Assembly (NCBI GenBank): GCA_032718475.1
Contig: JAUCBJ010001459.1
Span: 1-47,080, forward strand
Reading direction: 5' to 3'
Length of the DNA stretch: 47,080 nucleotides
Source of the DNA: Nemertoderma westbladi
Taxonomy: Eukaryota > Animalia > Xenacoelomorpha
Part shown: one piece after another, positions 37,821-47,080 of the stretch
How positions within the stretch are numbered: the stretch's first letter is position 1
Layout: each line of letters opens with the position of its first letter
Made by a program: the position numbers and the translations under genes
The notes under the pieces: model-generated
What the model saw: only the letters and a program-made list of their open reading frames with translations
Databases searched by the model: none
What the model was told of the DNA's origin: nothing

Positions 37821-39377
37821 CCCTATTAGTACCGGGCTATAAAATGTTGACAAATACCGGGGGGGGGGGGGTCATATTAACCCCTCCCTCTAAAATATAC
37901 AAATATTTACGAAAACGTCTGATTTTTTGTTTGTACGTAGGTATCACTTGTCTGGATCCGACCGAAAAAAAAATTTCGAAAAAATGTACTGGGGTGGTTA
38001 TATTGCAGCACCAAAATTACAAGTAGTGCACAATTTTCACAAAATTTGAAAGTTACATTTTTGGCTAATTATTTTTCAATACAGGTTTTCTGGGGTGCAA
38101 AATACTTTGGAAAATATTTAAAAATTATATGATTACTATAAATGGCTGTTTATTCCTCTCTGCGTAGGAAAAAAATGAAAAAAACAAGTAACCAGCACTT
38201 TTCAGTTAGAACACAAAATTTTTAATTCACTTACACGATGCTATAAATTCACATTTTCAGGTTTTCGAGGGCGCTGATTCAAATGGAATACATTTCTAAT
38301 ATGCCACATCATTGCTACTTGTATTTTTCGGCGTAATTTGGCAAATTTTGGTGCTAGCACCAAATTTCGTACCCATCACCAAAAAGTACAAGTTTGCGTT
38401 GTCTAGTGCTGTTTTTATTGATTCCATAGGATTCAGGACCCTCATAAACCCGTATAACGCAAGAAACAAGGTGATACTTTATACTTATCAATTTGCATAT
38501 TTTCCAAAATTTGGTGCTGGCACAACAATTTTCACCCACCGGCGAAAAATACAAGTTTGAGAACTCTTATGAAATTTTTACTGATTCCATTGAATTCAGA
38601 ACCATCACAAACCCGTATAACGCAAGAAACAAGGTGACACAATCAATTGATATATTTGATGGTTTTCAAAATTTGGTGATAGCACCACATTTTGCACCCA
38701 CATCCGAAAAATACAAGTTTGAGATGTCTAGTTCGATAATTATATTTTCCATTGAATTCAGAACAGCCATAAACCTCTAAAACACAAGAAACAAATTGTC
38801 ACAAGCAATTTTATCTATTGAATGGATTTTCAAAATTTCGTGCTAGCACCAAAATTTGCACACAGCACTGAAAAATACAAGTTTGATACGCTTGGTGCAA
38901 CTCGTATATATTTCATCGTATCCAGAACCCTAAAAAAACCCCAATTGCGTAAAAAACAAGTTTCAAACAATAAATTTACAAAATTGACTTATTTCAAAAT
39001 TTGGTGCTGGCACCAAAATTTGGCACCCATCGAAAAAAACAAGTTTGAAATTTCTAAATCAATTTATATGAATTCCATCCAATTTCTAACACCAAAAAAT
39101 CGGTGTAAATCAAAAATAGAGATGTTACAATTCATATTTAATGAAATGTAATTTTCAAAAAACGTCTCAAAAAAAGTGCCAAAAGTAGGGTTAAAAAATG
39201 GTGCTATAACTCGAAAAGTACCCAATATTTTTGAAAACTGTTTTCACTACCATGAAGACAATAGATTTTTAGGAAAAGTCATAAAATTTCAGATTCCCAA
39301 CTGCGTTTGTTTCAGAATTATAATAAAAAAACCACGGGGTGGGTCATATTGACCCCCCCCCCCCCAGTTTAATAGGG
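37821..39377. mobile_element. Non-autonomous piggyBac-type DNA transposon, copy 2 (1557 bp, inverted relative to copy 1)
   Basis: TTAA|CCCTATTA...TAATAGGG|TTAA. Near-identical to 4292-5846. Confidence 0.92.
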
Positions 39378-40256
39378 TTAAACACCCTATCTCCAACAAA
39401 TCAGCTCACATTGAATGGCAAAACACCCTATAATTTTATTTCATCATTTTAATCTTCGTTATCTCTCACCGTCTATTATCTTTAAAAAAAATCTACATTA
39501 GCGCGTAAAGTTCCCTTAGGACCTATTAGCAGCGGTTTGAATGTTTAATTAGGAGAAACGCGTTTTGTTTAATTTCTCAAAATGTGATTTTTGGGATGTA
39601 TATTGTATAATACGGTGTATTGCCAAACAATGGCAGTATTCTACTTATGGTAGATATATTGATGCAAGTTGTCAGTGACAAACAGGCAGTATGGGGTCTG
39701 ACTGGCTGAAAATAGAGCTAGATGTGGTAAACGTTATCGGCCTAACGGCCTGCTTCAGACTATAATTAAAATAATAGCAGATATAAAACTAACATTTAAA
39801 AATTCCCTCCACCAACACCCAGTAGAACATAACCAAACGAAGACGGGGGGGGGGCTACAAATGCTAAATACCGTACAATATTAATTACGATAGTCTCATT
39901 ATAGGTATAATTGGGTGAGAACAAAATAGTATTGCACGGTTAAATCCAAATAGTCATTTTAAAACGCATAAAGTATAAACAACGGAGTAGTATTGCAAAA
40001 TGTGGGAGGAAAAATATTATAAAAGATTAAACAATTAAATTATTACGCGTCAAATATGAGCATACAGTATAAACAACGGAGTGGTATTGCAAGAGGTAGT
40101 GAAATCGAAATACTGTAGAATTGTATCGTAATTTTAACACGCAAAATGTGGGAGGAAAAATATTATATAAAAGATTAAATAATTAAATTATTAATTAATT
40201 ATTATCTACTTATATTGTGTCACCCAACAATACTGTATACTGCACTAGGCCAGAAT

Positions 40257-40324
40257 AATAATCACGTGGGGCGAGTTGGTACTGAGAGCCGCAGTGAAGT
40301 ACCAACTCGGCCCACACGATTATT
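40257..40324. repeat. Short palindromic element
   Basis: AATAATCACGTGGGGCGAGTTGGTACT ... AGTACCAACTCGGCCCACACGATTATT. Confidence 0.75.
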
Positions 40325-40409
40325 CATGTGTGGTCAGGGGTCAGGGATCAATGATTGTTCAGTGAAAGATCCCCAGATTTCTCACAGTATTGCACTGAAT
40401 ATTTATTGA

Positions 40410-40522
40410 AAGCCTTTCATTAGAAAGGCGAAGAAATGATCAAACACTCATTGAGTGCTCCTCTCCACGGAAATCTTTAGTAAAAGGCGAAAGATTTATT
40501 CGTGTTGAAGAGAAACCAGAGT
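40410..40522 (-). ncRNA. U5: U5 spliceosomal snRNA
   Basis: ACTCTGGTTTCTCTTCA...AAATCTTTCGCCTTTTACTAAAGATTTCCGTGGAGAGG with the invariant loop I GCCUUUUAC, and a 3' stem GCCTTTC/GAAAGGC. Confidence 0.96.
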
Positions 40523-40575
40523 TAGTTTGCAGATGTAAAGGCGCCTTTTATTGCTAATGCCCGATGTGTATTCTG

Positions 40576-40587
40576 TTGAGCGGTATT
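40576..40587 (-). promoter_or_regulatory. Putative snRNA proximal sequence element (PSE)
   Basis: AATACCGCTCAA at -65..-54 of the minus-strand U5. Same offset as the motif upstream of the other copy. Confidence 0.6.
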
Positions 40588-40773
40588 ATAAATTTGAATC
40601 TTTTTAAATAATAATAATAAATAATTATGTTAGCTGATGATATTCGTATTTAAAATATTAAAAAGACAATTCGTTTACTTTAATTTTTAACAATAATGTC
40701 AGCGACAGTGATGATTGTAGGAAAATAACAGAAATAATAGGAGAGCAGTAGTTAAACACTGATTAAAAATAGG

Positions 40774-41002
40774 AATATTACTCGATAAAAAAAAATAAGC
40801 GGAAAACACCGCTTTTTTCACTCATTTTCAATTTCGCGAAATTCAACTATTCTGTCCGAGTGGTTGAGATTTACAAGAGTTGGCAAGTTTTAAAATGCCA
40901 ACGAGTGGAAATCTCAACACACGAGGGCAGAATATCTGAATTTCGCTAAAGAAAATGAGTGGAAAATAGTGTATTCCGTTACGTTTTTATATCGAATATA
41001 TT
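40774..41002. mobile_element. ~230-bp imperfect palindrome (foldback MITE-like) between the U5 genes
   Basis: Arms CACTCATTTT..GCGAAATTCA..TATTCTG..GTTGAGATTT..GTTGGCA are mirrored around ~40890. Confidence 0.75.
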
Positions 41003-41752
41003 GTTTATTTGAAAAAAATATCACAAGCGTTATCAATGTTTACGACGTATAATATTACTATATTTTAATACGGAATCTTAAATCTCAAATAAATATATAT
41101 AGCTAGATGTACAGTAAGCTACCCGACAAGCCTCGGTCTACATTATATAATCATTATGCACCAGAAACTTACTCAATTATATAAAAGTATGTATCAATTT
41201 GAGTATATTGTGATGTAATTAAATAGTTCATTAAATTAAAAAAAAAAGTAAAAATTAGTTTAAAAAAAGTCAAAATTAGTTTAAAAAAGCAAAAAACTAG
41301 TTTATAAAAGTAAAAAATGAGTCTTTTTTTCGAATCTAATTTTCTGGAAATTAGTGAAAAAAAGTTAGATTAATTAACTAAAAAAAATATTAGTGAGAAA
41401 AAGAGCCTTTTTCAAATAAAAACTGATATTAGCAAATTAGAAAACTAGAAAACTATGTAAAAATAAATTATATTTTTTATTTTAATACATTAATATATTA
41501 TATTAAAATTAATTATCAATTAAATATCAATTGCTATAATTAGTTTTTGCAAGGAACATTATAGTTATTTGTAATCAGTGTTTATCAAAAATATAAACAC
41601 TAATATTTATGTGGTTTAACACCAGTCCTCGCTGTCGCTAACATTAGTTTTTTTAATTAAAGTTAAACGAAATGTCATTTTAGTATTTCAAATATGAATA
41701 TCAGAAGGAAATACAATTATATACTAAACTTATTTATAGAGACTTCATTTAA

Positions 41753-41764
41753 AATACAGCTTAA
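41753..41764 (+). promoter_or_regulatory. Putative snRNA proximal sequence element (PSE)
   Basis: AATACAGCTTAA at -65..-54 of the plus-strand U5. Confidence 0.6.
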
Positions 41765-41817
41765 TATATTACACCACTAGTTTTACAGATAAAATCCTAT
41801 TTTACATTTACAAAGTA

Positions 41818-41930
41818 ACTCTGGTTTCTCTTCAACACGAATAAATCTTTCGCCTTTTACTAAAGATTTCCGTGGAGAGGAGCACTCAATGAGTGTTTGA
41901 TCATTTCTTTGCCTTTCAAATGAAAGGCTT
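41818..41930 (+). ncRNA. U5: U5 spliceosomal snRNA
   Basis: Same U5 signature as the 40410-40522 copy. The two differ at only 2 positions, both in the 3' domain. Confidence 0.96.
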
Positions 41931-42092
41931 TCAATAACATACTCACAGCATATAATTTGAAAATGGAAACTGTCACCCTGATATTATTTTATTGTCTTCA
42001 AAGTTTAAACATATATTCGGGTAGCAGCCTATCGATAGGCCTCCTCCATCTTAGATTACAGAATTAAATAAACTATTTTTATTAGGGCCTAA

Positions 42093-42769
42093 TTATTAGA
42101 AGACCGTCAGGGCTTCTTGCTATCAAAAAAAAACGTCTGTGTGTTTGTCTGTGTGTATGTTTGTTTGTGCACATTGATATTGGCTTAGAAGGGTAAGAAG
42201 TGCTCTACTTCGTGGCCAACTATACAAAGAAATGTATCGATTATTTGGGTTATTAATTATTTAAGCGGATAAAATTAAGCTCTTGCTGTATAAAAATAGC
42301 ACAGGTCAATTCTCCGTGTCCCATTCTCACAAAGTTTTTATTATATTCGAGTGTTTAATATAAAGATGTATGATTATTTATTAATTGAAAATAAAATTGT
42401 GTATAAATGTAATATTCCCTCACGCAGCCTGAACTTTGCCTATGGTAGCGAATAAGGGAAGGATTTTCTCTGTATCATGGCAACGTTGTAGCACGTTGTA
42501 TAATTATTTAACTCTAGCTAGCTGGGAAGACAGGTAGCAAGCTGGTTGGAGTGTTGAGTGTGTCTCAGTAAATCCAATGGTTGGGGTGGGTTGTCTGTTG
42601 TGAACTGGTCATGACATTAATTCTGCTTTCTCCAAGGCTGCATGGAGGGAGGGAGAGGTTTATATATTGTTTGCGATTGATATTTGATTGGGGATAGATT
42701 ATCATTTAGTTTTCGGTTTTGTTATCTTATAGACGGTCTTCTTATAGCCAGCTTGCTGGCTTTCTAGTT
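42093..42769 (+). mobile_element. Helentron-associated / DINE-1-like non-autonomous rolling-circle element
   Basis: 5' subTIR AGAAGACCGT, a GT-rich microsatellite, 3' subTIR ACGGTCTTCT, hairpin AGCCAGC-TT-GCTGGCT, then CTAG-TT. Confidence 0.78.
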
Positions 42770-43011
42770 CAGATAGGGGGAAACTGGACGCAATAAAAAA
42801 TCAACCCTCTCCAGGGGAAATTCGACGTAAATAAAGGCTGATTACTCTCAAAAAAATATAACTGTAACCTGTTCTATTGAGTTTAGTATATTGATTTGGT
42901 TAAAATAACGTGCCACTGTAACCTGCTCCTTTCCCTAAATTGAGAATTTAACATTGAGGCGGGATATTAATTCGCCAAGATGGGATTTGCGTCCAGTTTC
43001 CCCCCTGTCTC
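42770..43011. mobile_element. MITE with GGGGGAAACTGGACGCAA TIRs
   Basis: Inverted termini AGGGGGAAACTGGACGCAA / TTGCGTCCAGTTTCCCCC. A second copy lies near 19855-20077. Confidence 0.8.
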
Positions 43012-43020
43012 AAAGTATCA

Positions 43021-43420
43021 TATTAGTAGAAGACCGTGAGGGCTTATTGCTATAAAAACAACGTGTGTTTGTTTGTTTGTCTGTATTTTTATGTTTTGTG
43101 CACATTGATATTGGCTTGGAAGGGAACGTGCTCTACTTGGTGGTCAACTATACAAAGAAATGTATCAATTACTTGGGTTCTTATTTCGGTTATTAATTAT
43201 TTTATGGGGTAAAATTAAGTTCACGCTGTATGAAAATAGCATAGGTCGATTCGCCGTGATCTATTTTGTTTGTATATTATTCGAGTTTCACGTGTTAAAT
43301 ATAAGGATGTACGATTATTTATTGATTACAAATTAAATATTGTATAAATACGTAATATTCTCTCACGCATCCTCAAATTTGCCTATGTTAGTGAATGGGG
43401 ACGGATTTTCTCTGTATCAT
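43021..43420 (+). mobile_element. 3'-truncated second copy of the DINE-like element
   Basis: Collinear with 42093-42478 from AGAAGACCGT to GGATTTTCTCTGTATCAT. Confidence 0.8.
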
Positions 43421-43572
43421 AATTCATAGGAGTAACATTAAGGTACTACACTACAGTCCAAGTCTAACAAACCTGCAAGCAGTCTGACAGCCACAGCAGG
43501 ACAGTACTTGAACCAGAATACCGGTCTGCCGGTATATTCTCAATAGTCTGTACAATACAGTAATTCCTTGCC

Positions 43573-45057
43573 ATGGGACTCACGAAAGATTACCTCAGAT
43601 TTGTTCCCGATGGGACTTTGGGTTTAATATCAAGTCCCCGCTCCAATATACTGTGGATTACGTACAACGGTATCACTGGACGCTACGTTGCTGTAGGGGC
43701 AGCGGAATGCGTGTTTGTTTGGGACACTCGATCCTGCACGGAGGTCCGCCGTCTAGCAGACGGTCCCGGCGAGGTGAGTCGTCTGGCAGCGGACGACAAG
43801 GACCATCTCGCGGTCGGCTACAGTGATGGCAGTGTCCGACTGTACAGCATAGAAACAGACGAACTCCTAGTCACTTTCCATGGACATAAATCCGCAGTAA
43901 CTTCCTTATGTTTTCATACAAATTTGCAATTAAGCTCGGCTTCTCTCGACACAAACATAATTGTTTGGGATATTGTAGCATTAACCGGTCTATACAAACT
44001 AAGGGGACATAAAGGGGCCGTTACCCACTTGCAGTATATGTGCTCTAGGAATGTTCTGATCTCAAGTTCTAAGGATTCCTTTATAAAGTTTTGGGATTTG
44101 GATGTGCAGCATTGTTTCAGCACGTTGGTTGGCCATAGTAACGAGATTTGGTCCTTCTGTTTGTTGTGCGATGAAACTCTTCTAGTTTCTGGCTCATCCG
44201 ATTCGAAACTCAGTCTTTGGAGTTTAGACTTTCCCGATCAGCACGATAAATCTCGCGACCCCACTCCCACCGAAGGGGATGGAGGGGGTGTATCCAGTAG
44301 TCATGGGGACCGCGTTGTTGCGAGGTTATCCGGGGATTTGCACCGTATAGGGACCGATAGGTTATTGACACTCTCCGTCGACTCCACCGGCCGATATTTA
44401 CTCTGCCACGGACGAAAATCGGCAATCGAAATATTTAAAGTCCTAAACGAAGAGGAAACCGCCAAGCGGGTGAAAAAACGTAAGAAGAAGATGTTGAATC
44501 GCGATGAAGTAGTGAATGGGAGCGGCCCGGATGGGGGCGACGATTTCCCCGCAACTCTGCGAATCGATCCGGTTTGCCGCGTTAAGGAAGACGTTTGCTT
44601 CCGTTCCTGCGACGGATTCCTCACGGAACGCGGTTTTCGGCTCGTCGCGTCAACGACTTCCAACGAAATCGTCATCCGGATCGTCTCCAGCGCCGGACAG
44701 CTGTCCGAAGAAACCGTCCGGATATCCCGTCCCGGACACCGCACGGATATCCGGGCGGTTTGCTTCACTTCGGACGCGTCGGCGGTTGTGAGTTGCTCCG
44801 GGGACTCCGTGAAGCTGTGGAACCGCGGAACCGGTCGCTGCTTCCGGTCCATACGCAGCGGTTACGTCACTTCCTGTCTGGTCGTCCCCGGGGACGATCA
44901 GCTGATAGTGGGGACTCGCTCCGGGGCTCTTCTCTCGTATAACCTCGGGACGGGAGACCTCGTTGGTACGTTGGATCCACCACATTCCGACTCCGTCTGG
45001 AGTCTCGTACATCGGCCCGACTCACTCGGATTCTACAGCGGCTCCGCTGACAAACAG
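43573..45057 (+). CDS. WDR3: WD repeat protein 3 (UTP12/DIP2, SSU processome), exon 1
   Basis: MGLTKDYLRF N-terminus and WD40 repeats (FHGHKSAVT, LRGHKGAVT, GHRTDIR, SGSADKQ). Donor CAG|GTCCGG at 45057/45058, phase 0. Confidence 0.93.
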
Positions 45058-45464
45058 GTCCGGTTGTTTACTATGGAGATTCCTAACATATGTTTCAGAA
45101 TTCCTAAATTTTACTTCTTCCGGTAACTTATTTTCAATAATAAATTACTATTTATAAAATAATTTTTAAATTGCCAGAGACGAATCTACTTAAATGCAAA
45201 TTAACTAACGACATTCGATAAACAGTAATTGTTTATTTTCATGGACTTCCTTCGCCCTTCAATCCATCAGCCTTAGAGGAATGCTCATATTTTCCCAATG
45301 GCGTCGTCGTGATTCTTACTAAATCTTGCCAGATTGTAAACCAGTCCGCATACTTAGCATTCCCTAATCCATAAATATTTCATTAAAATCTGTTACAGTT
45401 CTGATTTTAAAATTGCCATGACCAAAACGTACTAAATGTTCTTTGCAATTTTAATTAATTATAA

Positions 45465-45682
45465 TCAATTCAATTAAATTATTTAAAATTTATTAAGTTT
45501 AATTATTTACAATTTTTAAATTTAATTATTTAAAATTTTTAAATTTAATTGTTTAAAATTTTTAAATTTAATTATTTAAAATATTTAAATTTAATTGTTT
45601 AAAATAAATTTATAAAATTAATTAAAAAGTAATTAAATTAAATTATTTAATAAATAATTAATAAAACCATAATTAATTAATT
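45465..45682. repeat. AT-only low-complexity repeat (~23-bp unit) in the WDR3 intron
   Basis: Recurring TTTAAAATTTTTAAATTTAATT(A/G). Confidence 0.75.
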
Positions 45683-45807
45683 ACGAGGGTTTTGTGTTAC
45701 TGCGGTTTTTATTTTGTGGCTTTATGATGGCCGTGTTACATTAATGGGCTGCCCTAGTAGTGGGCCATAGGAACCATCTAAATGACACTGAATTACTTTC
45801 GTTTTAG

Positions 45808-47019
45808 GTTCGCTACTGGGAGTATGTTTCAGGGGGCTACTCGGACAGTTCCACGGCTCAACTACAGGCGGTTCATCGGAGAACCTTGGAGTTACCGGAC
45901 GAGGTAATGAACCTTCGCGCTACTCCAAACGGTCGGTTAATCGCCGTCGCCTTACTCGACGCCACTATCCGTGTCTTCTACGCCGATTCCTTCAAGTTCT
46001 TCCTCAGCCTCTACGGGCACAAACTCCCGGTGCTCTGTATGGATGTATCGGCTGACTCTGGGGTGCTGGTCAGCGGATCCGCCGATAAGAACATTAAGTT
46101 CTGGGGCCTCGATTTCGGCGAATGCCGGGGTTCGGTGTTCGCTCACGACGACTCGATAACGGAGGTTCGATTCCTCGGGGAGACTCGAACGCTGATGAGC
46201 TGCGGCCGCGACGGCGTGGTGAAGCGATGGGACGGGGACGGACGGACGCTGATCGGGAGCGTGGCTGACGGGGCCGCGGCGCTGTGTATGTGCGCGTCGA
46301 CGGAAGGCGACCGGGTCGCCGTGGGTCGACGGGACGGATCGCTGCGGCTTTACCGGGAGTCCGACGAGATACTCGTGGTCTCGGAGGAGCCCCGCTGGGA
46401 GGAGAGCGTGGCGCCTCCGGTGGTCCCAGGAGAGGCGGACAGTGAGGCGGTGCCCGCTGGGGGGCGCTCAATGGACGCCCTCGATGCGGCCGAGAGGATA
46501 ATCGGCGCCGTCGATCTGCACAACGAGTTACGATCCTCCGGGAAACCCGAGGAAATCGCCGCCCATCCGCTCATAAAGGCCTATAAATGTAGCGACTCGG
46601 CGGAATACGTTGTAGAGATATTAAGGAAGATCAGATCTTGCGATCTCGATCAGGGATTGTTGTTCCTTCCGTTCGATTATGTTCTCGAGTTGCTCCCAGT
46701 TTTGGAGTCTCGAATCGCCGCGACTCCGATTCATCTCGAGTTGTGTCTCCGTTGCGTTCTCTTTCTGGTGCGCGCCAACCACCGCAGACTCGTTGGTTCA
46801 CTCGCTGCGCTTCCCGTTATGAGTTTGTTACGCGGTCGGGTATCCGCCGCCCAGGAGTATCGGGATTCCGTTGGGTTTAATCTCGAAGGACTTCGCTTCC
46901 TCCACCGCCGACTCGAGGCCACTAAGGAACTCACTCTGTTCGCCGACGCAACTCAGAGGAGAAAAGAGAAAAATAAAAAACAACGGGTTACAGGGAGAAA
47001 AATATTGGCAATCAGATGA
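45808..47019 (+). CDS. WDR3: WDR3/UTP12 exon 2 (WD40 repeats and Utp12 C-terminal domain); spliced protein ~898 aa
   Basis: Acceptor TTTTAG|GTT restores SADKQ-VRYWEY in frame. FFLSLYGHKLPVLCMD, SADKNIKFWGLDFG, LFLPF, VGFNL, and a basic C-terminal tail. Confidence 0.93.
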   Translation, partial: VRYWEYVSGGYSDSSTAQLQAVHRRTLELPDEVMNLRATPNGRLIAVALLDATIRVFYADSFKFFLSLYGHKLPVLCMDVSADSGVLVSGSADKNIKFWGLDFGECRGSVFAHDDSITEVRFLGETRTLMSCGRDGVVKRWDGDGRTLIGSVADGAAALCMCASTEGDRVAVGRRDGSLRLYRESDEILVVSEEPRWEESVAPPVVPGEADSEAVPAGGRSMDALDAAERIIGAVDLHNELRSSGKPEEIAAHPLIKAYKCSDSAEYVVEILRKIRSCDLDQGLLFLPFDYVLELLPVLESRIAATPIHLELCLRCVLFLVRANHRRLVGSLAALPVMSLLRGRVSAAQEYRDSVGFNLEGLRFLHRRLEATKELTLFADATQRRKEKNKKQRVTGRKILAIR

Positions 47020-47080
47020 TAAAAGTCGATATATAGAACAGAAGCTATAAATAGAGTAGCACTTTATTTGCTATAGTTTT

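Larger units (their letters stand above)
33591..39638. mobile_element. TIR DNA transposon acting as host to three nested insertions
   Basis: Left CTGCCGTTGTTTGGCAATACACC and right GGTGTATTGCCAAACAATGGCAG are inverted repeats. A recurring AAAACACCC(T/C)AT motif occurs at ~33735-33850, ~37155 and 39381-39430. Confidence 0.65.

Noticed and set aside
45058-45126. ORF-track C-terminus of WDR3 exon 1 and a separate gene starting at 45886
   Set aside because: The first is read-through into the intron. Splicing 45057 to 45808 gives one continuous WDR3.
43914-46934. Overlapping and antisense ORFs within WDR3
   Set aside because: Shadow frames of GC-rich coding sequence.

Overview
Eukaryotic DNA, most likely from an invertebrate animal, AT-rich and dominated by nested transposable elements. 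From left to right: (1) the 3' end and 3' LTR of a + strand LTR element, inserted into a decayed minus-strand BEL/Pao element (gag-protease-RT-RNase H). The BEL element also carries a piggyBac-type non-autonomous element and an LTR fragment flanked by a 210-bp duplication. (2) An L2/CR1 RT fragment. (3) An apparently intact single-ORF L2/CR1-clade LINE whose APE-RT is preceded by a ~235-aa hydrophobic leader ending in a 2A-like NPGP motif. (4) A decayed RTE LINE and further LINE/MITE debris. (5) The last coding exon of a CD225/dispanin (IFITM/PRRT-like) gene, whose 3' splice site is part of the unit of an adjoining ~72-copy 51-bp minisatellite. (6) An orphan acidic ORF and a TIR element containing a solo LTR, a Harbinger-like element and a second piggyBac-type copy. 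(7) Two divergent U5 snRNA genes sharing a motif at -65 and a non-canonical Sm site. (8) Helentron/DINE-like elements and a two-exon WDR3/UTP12 gene. All calls were made by eye and no database searches were run.
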